A stretch of 47,150 nt of DNA from Candidatus Gastranaerophilales bacterium (GTDB taxonomy: Bacteria; Cyanobacteriota; Vampirovibrionia; Gastranaerophilales; UBA9971), in the NCBI GenBank assembly GCA_028278605.1, contig JANQEB010000025.1, forward strand, positions 1 through 47,150, written 5' to 3'. The position numbers were made by a program, and so were the translations under genes. The first letter of the stretch is position 1, and each line of letters begins with the position of its first letter. The notes beneath the pieces were generated by a model. It did no database searches. It worked only from the letters and a program-made list of their open reading frames with translations, and had not been told where the DNA came from. Below are positions 1 to 7,987 of the stretch, in pieces.

Positions 1-99
1 GAGGTAATCAGGCAGAAAGATTTAGAGATAAGCACGTTGAACGTAATGGTCAATCATCTTAAAGCAGTGAGCGAGTTAGACAAAAACATTATAGAGAGA
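1..99. repeat. Terminal direct repeat, copy 1 (identical to 47052..47150)
   Basis: By direct comparison, all 99 nt (gaggtaatcaggcag...attatagagaga) recur at the 3' end of the window. Confidence 0.95.
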
Positions 100-213
100 T
101 ACGAAAAGTTGATTGAATTTTTAGAGAAGTCTATGGAAGATCAGAACGAAAATATCAAAGACTTGAAAGGCAGTTGGGACAGGATTTTAAGTAATATTGA
201 AGATATTGGTTGA
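1..213 (+). CDS. 3' part of a junction-spanning small coiled-coil protein (5' part at 47028..47150)
   Basis: Frame 1 is open from position 1 to TGA 211-213. It is in phase with ATG 47028 through the terminal repeat. Heptad-like charged sequence. Confidence 0.6.
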   Translation, partial: EVIRQKDLEISTLNVMVNHLKAVSELDKNIIERYEKLIEFLEKSMEDQNENIKDLKGSWDRILSNIEDIG

Positions 214-262
214 CAAGGTGAGATTTATGTCGCAAATGGCAACTCACTACGAATCCTTTAAC

Positions 263-278
263 GGGGTCTTCGGACCCC
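263..278 (+). promoter_or_regulatory. GC-rich hairpin GGGGTC-TTCG-GACCCC upstream of the replication gene
   Basis: Perfect 6-bp stem with a TTCG tetraloop. CTAGAC(280-285)/GTCTAG(303-308) inverted repeat follows. The T-run is not adjacent, so terminator function is uncertain. Confidence 0.35.
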
Positions 279-321
279 CTAGACTTTTAGGGTTCAGGTG
301 GGTCTAGTAGGAGGATAGATA

Positions 322-1221
322 GTGTCAGAAGAAGATATAATCTCACAGAAAAGATACGGGAAAATAGATTCCGGTACTTTATTTGACTCAAACATCAGCA
401 AGACATCAAAATTATTGTATGCAGTATTAAGAGTTTTTGCAGGGGGGAAGGATTATTGTTTCCCAAAAATAAAGCTTCTCGCCAAGGCTATGAGTGTTTC
501 GAGGCAGACAATTCATGTGTCACTTTCTGAACTCAGTGCAAAAAAAATAATAAAAATCGATTCATATTTTAATAAAAAAACTTTTGCAAAACAGAATAGA
601 TATGTCTTTTTTAAGAGTCAAGAAGACTTTACATGCGACAGTAAAGACAGTTTGATCGAGTCAGAAAAACAAGACATTGTAAGTAAAGCTAGCGTTACAA
701 GCGTGTCAAGGAGGCAGGACATAGTATGTAAGAATTCCGTTACTCCTATAAGGAAGACTAACATAGGAAGACAAACAAGGAAAATAAACAAGGGAAGACA
801 AACACCTTCAGAACCTCCACTAAATTTGTTTGGGGGGAATTTAAATTTTAAATCAAATAAAAAATCCAAGGAGTTGTTCGTCGTAAATTATTACAATAAA
901 ATTTTTAACAAAAAAATTAAATTAACATCGGATCGAGAAAAAAAAATAAAACAAGTTTTGAAAGATTTTTCGGTCAAAGAGTTTTTATATGCAATACATG
1001 GATTGGCCGACAAAGAAATTAATGACTGGTTGAAAAAGCAAGACGGCGTTAAGCTTGAACACAAAATCGGCATAAAGCGTTTGATCGACAAAGACAAGCG
1101 TGATGACAATTTAGACAATTTTTCACAATTTAGATTTCGAAAAAAAATTAAAAAAACCGAGACTTTGAGCGAGGCGGAGAAATTCGAACAAGATCTCATG
1201 GGGGCTCACCGTGCAAATTGA
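322..1221 (+). CDS. Replication initiation protein (N-terminal winged-HTH, C-terminal phage replication-organiser-like domain)
   Basis: GTG start 8 nt after AGGAGG. HTH-like segment LLAKAMSVSRQTIHVSLSELSAKKII. Internal iteron-like repeats. Sits directly upstream of the helicase. Confidence 0.6.
   Translation: MSEEDIISQKRYGKIDSGTLFDSNISKTSKLLYAVLRVFAGGKDYCFPKIKLLAKAMSVSRQTIHVSLSELSAKKIIKIDSYFNKKTFAKQNRYVFFKSQEDFTCDSKDSLIESEKQDIVSKASVTSVSRRQDIVCKNSVTPIRKTNIGRQTRKINKGRQTPSEPPLNLFGGNLNFKSNKKSKELFVVNYYNKIFNKKIKLTSDREKKIKQVLKDFSVKEFLYAIHGLADKEINDWLKKQDGVKLEHKIGIKRLIDKDKRDDNLDNFSQFRFRKKIKKTETLSEAEKFEQDLMGAHRAN
670..804. repeat. Iteron-like direct repeats inside the replication gene (candidate origin)
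   Basis: caagacattgtaagtaaagctagcgttac (670-698) versus caggacatagtatgtaagaattccgttac (715-743). ggaagacaaaca occurs at 767-778 and 793-804, with partial ggaagac at 752-758. Confidence 0.5.
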
Positions 1222-2272
1222 TTTAATGCGCTTGCAGAAAAGCGTCAAGCAGTGGTCATCAGAGCGCGAGCAACTCAGCAAAAAAATTAGGCAGGCCCAT
1301 AATTCGATCCGAGACATTAGCGTGTTCGACAACATATCGCTTTACGATCGAATGCTTAAACTTCCAGATCTTTACGACAAGAGTAACCACACTGAGTTTG
1401 TAGCCACGTTGCAGGCGATGCTCGAGTCTTGCAACAAATCAGTGTTCTACGATCTTGATAAATCCGATCTTGAACAGATACGGGATTACAAAGGCGCACC
1501 ACCACCGCTTTATTTTCCGCCAGAGTTTAAATTATTTAAGACTTATATCCACCGTGGCTTACCTGTTGTTGTTGGCGCCGAACCTGGAATTGGTAAGACG
1601 ACTTTTGCGATTAACATGATGATCAATGCTGTTATTGACAAGCACCACTCTTTATTTTTTTCGATGGAAATGACCAAGGTCCAAGTGTGGTGCAAATTGT
1701 ATCAAGTGTACAAGAAAAAATATTTAAACGAGCGTATAACGTTCACATCGGTACTAGAAATAATCCGCAAAGGGGATGAGTTGATCGAGTGGCCAAAGAT
1801 CCAAGAGTTTGTTAAAGATTACCAAAAATATATCCACATAATCGATCTAGATGAATTGTCAGCCGGTCAGATGGTTGCGATATACGAGCATTGCGCGGAC
1901 AAGATTGGGAAGAATCCTGAATTTGTTTTTATCGATTACGTACAACTTGTCTCACCTGAGCAGTCTATAATGCGGTCAACCATCAGAGAGCAAGTAATGG
2001 CGACATCTCGGATACTCAAGTCCAAATCCAAGCGGACAGGTAGTGTTTTTATTGAACTATCGCAAGTTGACGACAAAGGTCGAACAAACGAGTCTAGGGA
2101 GCTTGAGAAAAACGCGGGCATGAAAGTTATCTTAGAGAGAGACATTGACGACGATACTGGCGAAATGTCTGATACGGTTAAGATTAGAGTAAAAAAAAAC
2201 AGATTCGGCAAAGTCACCATGAGCGAGGTTAAGTTTGATGGTGAGACCGGATCGATAGGAGAGGTTGAATGA
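1211..2272 (+). CDS. DnaB-family replicative helicase (RecA-like ATPase domain)
   Basis: Walker A GAEPGIGKTTF, SMEM motif, Walker B-like FVFIDYVQL. GTG 1211 or ATG 1226 as start. Overlaps the end of the replication gene. Confidence 0.7.
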   Translation: MQIDLMRLQKSVKQWSSEREQLSKKIRQAHNSIRDISVFDNISLYDRMLKLPDLYDKSNHTEFVATLQAMLESCNKSVFYDLDKSDLEQIRDYKGAPPPLYFPPEFKLFKTYIHRGLPVVVGAEPGIGKTTFAINMMINAVIDKHHSLFFSMEMTKVQVWCKLYQVYKKKYLNERITFTSVLEIIRKGDELIEWPKIQEFVKDYQKYIHIIDLDELSAGQMVAIYEHCADKIGKNPEFVFIDYVQLVSPEQSIMRSTIREQVMATSRILKSKSKRTGSVFIELSQVDDKGRTNESRELEKNAGMKVILERDIDDDTGEMSDTVKIRVKKNRFGKVTMSEVKFDGETGSIGEVE

Positions 2273-2595
2273 AATATGATGCAAGGAAGGGAAGATCTGT
2301 TTTGGTCAAATTAACGAAGCAAGTTGAGCCTGAAATACATAATAATCCTCCTCCGCCAGGATTAGGAAAATTTTGCGGTGTCTGTGGAAAGGAAAAGGAT
2401 ATATCTAACGCCACCCCTAAATTTGATACTGTAACAGGGGAGGAGTATTATGATTATGACAACATAAGATGCAGCACAATTGACTGTAGGCATGGCTGGC
2501 ATGATTTCGTTTACAAGGGTGGATGGTTTGGTAGAGGTAGAGCTACTTGTAGACTATGTGGTATTTCTAAAAAATATATGGATTATCCAGGATGA
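2269..2595 (+). CDS. Cys-rich hypothetical protein (zinc-ribbon-like CxxC pairs)
   Basis: ATGA overlap with the helicase stop. CGVCG and CRLCG motifs. Confidence 0.5.
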   Translation: MKYDARKGRSVLVKLTKQVEPEIHNNPPPPGLGKFCGVCGKEKDISNATPKFDTVTGEEYYDYDNIRCSTIDCRHGWHDFVYKGGWFGRGRATCRLCGISKKYMDYPG

Positions 2596-2616
2596 AACAA
2601 ATAGAGGAGAATTAGA

Positions 2617-2856
2617 ATGAATAAAATATTTATCGCATTATTGATTGGATGTTTATTTTTATCATATTGCTCAGATGGTAAAGTCAATAAAAGCTGTGAT
2701 GCTGATCATGATTTATATGTGCATAAAAAATCAGATTTTACTCGCATGAAGATAGGTCGATCTATTGTGTTTATGTTTAAGAATAAATTTGGACACGAAT
2801 GCACATTGGCGAGTAATTGGGATGGCGTTTCTATTTTTTGTTCAGAGGGAAGATAA
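2617..2856 (+). CDS. Small putative lipoprotein or secreted protein
   Basis: GGAGA RBS. N-terminal hydrophobic signal ending LSYC. Confidence 0.5.
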   Translation: MNKIFIALLIGCLFLSYCSDGKVNKSCDADHDLYVHKKSDFTRMKIGRSIVFMFKNKFGHECTLASNWDGVSIFCSEGR

Positions 2857-2874
2857 TTTACAAGGAGAAGGTAT

Positions 2875-3243
2875 ATGAAGAAAAAAGTAACTAAAGTTTT
2901 AAAGAAAAATCAAATGGGGCATCAAGGTGACGTGTTGTTAATCCCAGTTGATTCTATTCCAGAAGATTTAAAAAAATTAGAAAAACCAATTCTGGCTTAT
3001 GGAAAGATAACAGGTCATAAACATGAGATTCTTGATGATAAATCGGTTGAATATTATGAATCCGACGGCAAGGACCCTTTCGTAGTCGGTTGGATGAGGG
3101 TCATTGATAAAATAAATGCGAACCTTGTTCACGAAGACCATGAGGGAATTAATCTTCAGCATCAATTTTATCCAATTCGCAATCAGAATGAAATAGTTGT
3201 CAATGAAGAGGACGAAGAAATTTTTCAGCGGGTTATTGACTGA
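2875..3243 (+). CDS. Hypothetical phage protein
   Basis: AGGAGAAGG RBS. QGDVLLIPV...GHKHE pattern, which I recall from uncharacterised phage proteins. Confidence 0.5.
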   Translation: MKKKVTKVLKKNQMGHQGDVLLIPVDSIPEDLKKLEKPILAYGKITGHKHEILDDKSVEYYESDGKDPFVVGWMRVIDKINANLVHEDHEGINLQHQFYPIRNQNEIVVNEEDEEIFQRVID

Positions 3244-4502
3244 TGAGGAATAAGTTAACAAAAAAAGAAAAAGATCTTATACCTATTTATTTGGAGAAAT
3301 ACAGAGAGATAGGATTGTCAACTGAAAATATGACAATGAGTGAGGCGTATTCTATTATAGATGAGTTATATGATTTTATGGGCAAAGGTAGGCCTGTTAA
3401 AATTTATGTAGATTCGCCTTTTTCTGCATTGCTTGCGTATGTCTTGTTATCTTCATCTGTCAATAAAAACGGCCAACTCTGGGACCAACTCGGGGACCAA
3501 CTCTGGGCCCAACTCGGGAACCAACTCTGGGACCAACTCGGGGACCAACTCTGGGACCAACTCAGGGACCAACTCGGGGACCAGCTCTGGAACCAACTCT
3601 GGGACCAACTCGGGGACCAACTCGGGGACCAACTCTGGGCCCAACTCGGGAACCAACTCTGGGACCAAATCGACGACCAACTCAGGGACCAACTCGGGGA
3701 CCAAGTCGACGACCAACTCAGGGACCAACTCGGGGACCAAGTCGACGGCCAACTCAGGGACCAACTCGGGGACCAAGTCGACGGCCAACTCAGGGACCAA
3801 CTCGGGGACCAACTCGGGGACCAACTCAGGAACCAACTCTGGGACCAACTCGGGGACCCACTCGGGAATTTTTGGTATGGGTCATATTATTCTTATTATG
3901 TGTCCTTTTACGATTTTATTTCAAATCTAGATAGAGTAAAGATTGGCAATAAATCAAAGAACTTATCTATCGCAAAAAGCATGCTAAATCTAGGATGGTG
4001 TTTATGCTATGAAAATGTTTGTATAATTTCCAAAAAGCCTAATAAGATTTCAATGCAATTCGAGAAGTTGCATTGTGAAGATGGACCAGCAATCGAGTTT
4101 GAGGATGGATATAAATTATACGCATGGCGGGGTGTGAGACTTGACGCCGAAATTATAGAAAGTCCAGAATCTATTACAATAGACCAAATACAATCGGAAA
4201 AGAATGTTGAAAAACGCCGGTGCTTGATCGAAATAATGGGTTATGAGAAATATTTAAAAAACACTAAATCAAAACTAGTCGATGAGAAGTTTTTAAATGG
4301 CCAATCAATAAAGCTATGGCTTTCTGATTTCGGTTACACGAAAGCTAAGATTGTTGAACTAATTAATCACACTCAAGAGAATGACGGAACATGTAAACAT
4401 TATTTTCATAGAGTTTCTGGTAAGATCAACGATGCACATGAGGCCGTAGCGTCTTTGTGGGGACTGACAAAAGAGCAGTATAATCCAGTAGTTGAAACTT
4501 GA
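3243..4502 (+). CDS. Repeat-rich protein ([QLWDQLGD]n array) with a conserved C-terminal domain (DUF6745-like by recollection)
   Basis: TGATG overlap start. About 130 aa of 4/8/12-aa repeats, then CEDGPAIEFEDGYKLYAWRGVRL-type globular domain. Confidence 0.6.
   Translation: MRNKLTKKEKDLIPIYLEKYREIGLSTENMTMSEAYSIIDELYDFMGKGRPVKIYVDSPFSALLAYVLLSSSVNKNGQLWDQLGDQLWAQLGNQLWDQLGDQLWDQLRDQLGDQLWNQLWDQLGDQLGDQLWAQLGNQLWDQIDDQLRDQLGDQVDDQLRDQLGDQVDGQLRDQLGDQVDGQLRDQLGDQLGDQLRNQLWDQLGDPLGNFWYGSYYSYYVSFYDFISNLDRVKIGNKSKNLSIAKSMLNLGWCLCYENVCIISKKPNKISMQFEKLHCEDGPAIEFEDGYKLYAWRGVRLDAEIIESPESITIDQIQSEKNVEKRRCLIEIMGYEKYLKNTKSKLVDEKFLNGQSIKLWLSDFGYTKAKIVELINHTQENDGTCKHYFHRVSGKINDAHEAVASLWGLTKEQYNPVVET
3471..3866. 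repeat. In-frame tandem repeat array (12-nt subunit ccaactcNggggac; 24- and 36-nt higher-order units)
   Basis: Visible periodicity. All three frames on both strands stay open across it, which creates two spurious track ORFs. Confidence 0.9.
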
Positions 4503-4825
4503 AATGGCTTGAGATAGAAATAAAAAGGCTAGATAGGTCAATAGGTTTGTACGGCAGGAATGATTTGTTGTTTAAATATATTTTAAGAGTTTTAGAGGTT
4601 TTATTTGTGCAACAAAAAATGTTAGATCAGAAAGCATTTGATTTTTGTCTCGAGCATTGGCCTAGAGAGTTTGAGCACATTGAAAAATTCATAAAAAAAT
4701 GTTGTTTCGAATTAGAGCAAATGATAGATTCAAGGATTAGGGAATTAGAAAAATCGATAAGTAAATCACAATTTAATGCAGAATTTCAAAATGGCCAAAT
4801 AATACACAATGGAGAAGCTTTATGA
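4499..4825 (+). CDS. Hypothetical protein
   Basis: Open frame with a TTG start overlapping the upstream stop. Part of a tight operon. Confidence 0.4.
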   Translation: MKWLEIEIKRLDRSIGLYGRNDLLFKYILRVLEVLFVQQKMLDQKAFDFCLEHWPREFEHIEKFIKKCCFELEQMIDSRIRELEKSISKSQFNAEFQNGQIIHNGEAL

Positions 4826-5022
4826 CAGAAGGAACAAAGAAACTGCTTTATGAGGCTTATGAGTATTGCGAAACGCATGGCAAAAGTGCACAGTTTACGA
4901 TTCAATATATGCAAGATTTTGCAGATACTGAATTAGAGACTGTGTTTGATTTTCTGTTCGAAGAATTGGAAGAAAACATTAAGAGAGCCGGGATAGCTTT
5001 TGAGATAGGGTCCGATGAATGA
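4822..5022 (+). CDS. Small acidic hypothetical protein
   Basis: ATGA overlap with the upstream gene. GGAGAAG RBS. Confidence 0.5.
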   Translation: MTEGTKKLLYEAYEYCETHGKSAQFTIQYMQDFADTELETVFDFLFEELEENIKRAGIAFEIGSDE

Positions 5023-5347
5023 TTCATTATTCAGTAAACACGAAATTCAACATCCCGTCGAAGAAAAACGCAAAAAGAATGATGCGAAATTCAAAAACAG
5101 GAAAGTTCTTCCCAATGACAGACCCTTGGATAAGAGACCAAATAGAGAACATCAAAAGTCAGTTATTATTATTATCAGACACTCCGATAAAAGACGCGAC
5201 CTTGATAACCAGCTTTCAACGATACTTGATTGTTTGGTTGAAACAGGGAAACTGCGAGATGATTCAATTAAGAACGTTGGGTTTGTTTCGGCCATTGGGT
5301 GCAAATGCAGAAAAGGCGAAGAAGGATTTGAAGTAATAATTTTTTAA
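5019..5347 (+). CDS. rusA: RusA-family Holliday-junction resolvase, encoded in two frames (-1 shift needed near 5150-5162)
   Basis: Frame of ATG 5019 (ATGA-coupled to the upstream stop) gives HYSVNTKFNIPSKKN...PWIRDQIENIK, like the RusA N-terminus. Frame of 5015 gives SVIIIIRHSDKRRDLDNQLSTILDCLVETGKLRDDS, like the RusA catalytic core. Confidence 0.6.
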
Positions 5348-5363
5348 TTTTAAGGAGCATATT

Positions 5364-6302
5364 ATGTTTACGATTACAGTTTTATCAATTTTGACTTTAG
5401 TTTATATGGGATTTGCTTTTGCAGCATATCTTGTATACAAAAAGTCTAAAGGTGACAAAAAGATATTAGAAGACGGGCCTTTTTACCCAATGGCAATGAT
5501 AAGTCTTGGTTGTATGATCGTTGTGATATTTTGGACATTGATTGGATCAATTTACAGTATTGATGAGGGCGAAGGCGTGTTATTGACAGAGTTTGGGAAA
5601 ATTTATTCGACAGAGACAGAACCAGGCTTACACACAAAAAGGCCATGGGCATCTAAGATAGAATGGCCAATACGGTTGAGATCATTAAGTCAGACAATTG
5701 AAAGTCGTACAATTGATGACATGATATTAACGTTTGACATTCAATTGATGTGGGCGGTAGACCCAGAAAATCTAGAAAATGTCTATTCCAAGGTAGCTAA
5801 AGATTACACCACGCTTGAAACTGGTTTTCTGGTACCAATAGCTAGAGATTCTTTTAGAGATATTATCGGAAATAAGGCTTTTACTGATATAAACAGAAAG
5901 CGTGACCTAATATCAATTGAAATAACCGAATATGCTAGTGCAGCTCTAAAGCAAAAATACATTGTATTAGATTCAATCCAAATTAGAAAAATAATGGTAC
6001 CTGACTCTGTGAATGCTGCAATTGAAGAAAAGCAGAAAAAAGAGCAAGAATTGCAGGCTATGAAATATGAAGTTGATAAGCAAAAAGAAGCTGCTTTGGC
6101 CAGGATTGAAGAGGCCAAGGGCTTGGCAAAAGCACAGCGTATTATTAACTCCACTTTGACTCCAGCTTATTTGCAACACGAAGGAATTCAGATGTTAAAG
6201 AAGCTGTCTGACAGCCCGAACACTACGTTTATTATGGTGCCTACAGCGTCTAAAAGTTCAGGTGTGCCTATAATATTAAATGGGCAAGGCCCTTTGAAAT
6301 AG
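5364..6302 (+). CDS. SPFH/band-7 (prohibitin/HflC-like) membrane protein
   Basis: AAGGAG RBS. Two N-terminal TM helices, an SPFH-like core (GEGVLLTEFGKIY...PGLHTKRPW...), and a C-terminal coiled coil. Confidence 0.75.
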   Translation: MFTITVLSILTLVYMGFAFAAYLVYKKSKGDKKILEDGPFYPMAMISLGCMIVVIFWTLIGSIYSIDEGEGVLLTEFGKIYSTETEPGLHTKRPWASKIEWPIRLRSLSQTIESRTIDDMILTFDIQLMWAVDPENLENVYSKVAKDYTTLETGFLVPIARDSFRDIIGNKAFTDINRKRDLISIEITEYASAALKQKYIVLDSIQIRKIMVPDSVNAAIEEKQKKEQELQAMKYEVDKQKEAALARIEEAKGLAKAQRIINSTLTPAYLQHEGIQMLKKLSDSPNTTFIMVPTASKSSGVPIILNGQGPLK

Positions 6303-6303
6303 A

Positions 6304-6804
6304 ATGAGGAGCATACATAAATTTTATTTATATGTTCTAGGCATAGCGTGTTTTATGACCATTATGTACTGGACCTTCCGTTTCGAATCTAATAAAGAGA
6401 TGTATAAATCATTGGAAACTGTGTGTAAAAATTGCGAATCTAGGCAATGCTTAGAGTTTTACAAGCAGTTAAAATTAAATGGAGGAAACATGGAATTAAG
6501 AGAAAAGTTGAGGCTAATGTGTGACGAATCTATTGACGAGCGTCTCCCTGAAATTGAAGAGGAGCTAGAAAGAAACCCGCACATGCGACACAAGATAGTT
6601 ATTCAATTCGATTTCTGGGTACACGACGATCAAATATCCTGCAAGCCTATCCACAAGTGTGGGGCGAACAAGAATGTGAAGTCTGACAATAAAACATTTC
6701 GGTTATTCAGAACTGATGATGGGTATGTCACTAACACATCTGAACAATATAGACTTGAGGATCATATTGAAAATTCAGAAGAGGAAGAACTAGCGCCGGC
6801 GTAA
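6304..6804 (+). CDS. Membrane-anchored hypothetical protein
   Basis: Starts 1 nt after the SPFH stop. One N-terminal TM helix. Cys-containing acidic ectodomain. Confidence 0.5.
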   Translation: MRSIHKFYLYVLGIACFMTIMYWTFRFESNKEMYKSLETVCKNCESRQCLEFYKQLKLNGGNMELREKLRLMCDESIDERLPEIEEELERNPHMRHKIVIQFDFWVHDDQISCKPIHKCGANKNVKSDNKTFRLFRTDDGYVTNTSEQYRLEDHIENSEEEELAPA

Positions 6805-6818
6805 TGCCGGCCTTTTGC
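6796..6818 (+). terminator. Weak intrinsic terminator or attenuating hairpin
   Basis: GCCGGC-gtaat-GCCGGC stem-loop followed by CTTTTG. Overlaps the stop codon. Confidence 0.35.
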
Positions 6819-6871
6819 CATGTCAGATAAAAACGCTGAGCAACCAAAAAGAATTATTTAAGGGGATTTAA

Positions 6872-7672
6872 ATGGATAAGAATCGAGTGAATGAAATTAA
6901 AGAAGACATAAAAGAAATTGAGACGATTATAGAAAATTGTGGGGAGCAAAGATTTTATACCTTTATACTGTCTGCGAATTCAGCAAAAGAGCTTAAGCGA
7001 GCCTTAGGGCATCAGTTAGAGATGACGAATAAGGGAGAAGTTTGCAGCCCTGTGTATGGTAGAGTCTTTAACGGTATACCGATATCTATGATAGAGGGGA
7101 CTATCACAGTGAACAACTCAGATTATTTCAGAGTGAACCTAAATGACCTTGAAGCCAAAATTGAAAAGGATGGAGAGGAACTAGCATGGGGGCACCCAAG
7201 CTTAGAATCCTTTCTTAATGCTGTGGGCGAAGTTATAGAGCCAAGAAAAGAAAGAGAAATACCACCTCACCACAAAGGGACATTTCTGGAGAAGATGGCA
7301 GAACTTAAGCTAGATGATAACATAGTCTCTATTGTATCTAAACTGATTGACCTTGTTCCTAAAGATAAATGGCCTGATGAGTGTGTGTCTACCTATCCGG
7401 AATATCTTCGATTAGATTGGATTCAGTATGGGGCTACTATAATAATGAGTGTTGATCCCGAAAAGACTCTTGATGTAGTGTTATACATAAAAAACATACA
7501 TGAGTTAGATATACCCCCGTCAGCAATGGATATATGTCTTGCCATCCAAGACTATTTAGGTTTTCAAAGTGTAGGTGTTGTGAAAGGCCGGGATGAGGAA
7601 GAATACAAGAATTTAAATGAAGAACTTAACGCCGAATTTGCTAAAGATACTAATATTATGATAAATGATTGA
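6872..7672 (+). CDS. Hypothetical protein
   Basis: AAGGGG RBS. 266-aa acidic protein. Last gene of the leftward-module operon. Confidence 0.5.
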   Translation: MDKNRVNEIKEDIKEIETIIENCGEQRFYTFILSANSAKELKRALGHQLEMTNKGEVCSPVYGRVFNGIPISMIEGTITVNNSDYFRVNLNDLEAKIEKDGEELAWGHPSLESFLNAVGEVIEPRKEREIPPHHKGTFLEKMAELKLDDNIVSIVSKLIDLVPKDKWPDECVSTYPEYLRLDWIQYGATIIMSVDPEKTLDVVLYIKNIHELDIPPSAMDICLAIQDYLGFQSVGVVKGRDEEEYKNLNEELNAEFAKDTNIMIND

Positions 7673-7730
7673 AGCCCTATCTATACAACTCAAAATAGGC
7701 CAATCCAACAAGTTCCCTATGGAGCCTCTT

Positions 7731-7756
7731 AGCCCTGCGAAAGTGGGGCTTTTTTG
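7731..7756 (+). terminator. Rho-independent terminator
   Basis: AGCCCT-gcgaaagt-GGGGCT stem followed by TTTTTT. Confidence 0.75.
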
Positions 7757-7892
7757 TGTCTTATTGGCGCCTATAAACCACATGGGACTAGGTATAAAAA
7801 ATCAAGCGGTAGGACGAAGATATTTTATTTGTTGTATATCTGTCTAATTTTTTTATAAATGATCTTAAACATTAATTGCCCTACCGCCCGAT

Positions 7893-7943
7893 TTAAATGC
7901 TGCTAGAGGTGGGATACTGGAACTCCTCGTATCTTTCTAGCAT
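7893..7943 (-). CDS. Micro-ORF B1 (16 aa, MLERYEEFQYPTSSSI)
   Basis: ATG lies 8 nt downstream of GGAGG within AAAGGAGGTGA (7949-7959 on +). Homologous to micro-ORF B2. Confidence 0.45.
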   Translation of the reverse strand: MLERYEEFQYPTSSSI

Positions 7944-7987
7944 AGGCCTCACCTCCTTTGTGGCTTAATTTAATCTGCTACAACAGA

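Noticed and set aside
227-307. 26-codon ORF behind AAGGTGA upstream of the replication gene
   Set aside because: It reads through the GGGGTC/GACCCC hairpin and has no paralogue or other support. It cannot be distinguished from chance.
280-308. Shared CTAGAC/GTCTAG dyads at 280-308 and 42953-42974 as a common operator
   Set aside because: Only a 6-bp half-site is shared, with opposite arrangement and different spacing. This is too short to separate from chance.
3471-3866. Possible CRISPR array, suggested by the regular short repeats
   Set aside because: The repeats are contiguous with no unique spacers. They are in frame within a protein-coding gene, and no cas genes are present.
3433-3930. 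Track ORFs 3433..3930 (+) and 3453..3848 (-), encoding NSGT and PELV repeats
   Set aside because: They are alternative-frame readings of the tandem repeat array inside the 3243..4502 gene. They have no RBS and no unique sequence.
5015-5160. Treating ATG 5015 as the true start of an intact 110-aa RusA
   Set aside because: The N-terminal 48 aa in that frame are a charged, non-RusA sequence. The +1-offset frame from the ATGA-coupled ATG 5019 reproduces the RusA N-terminal motif. I kept this as a frame-split call instead.
7665-7847. 60-aa + strand ORF after the 6872 gene
   Set aside because: It spans the rho-independent terminator at 7731-7756 and has no RBS. It lies in an intergenic region better explained by the minus-strand features.
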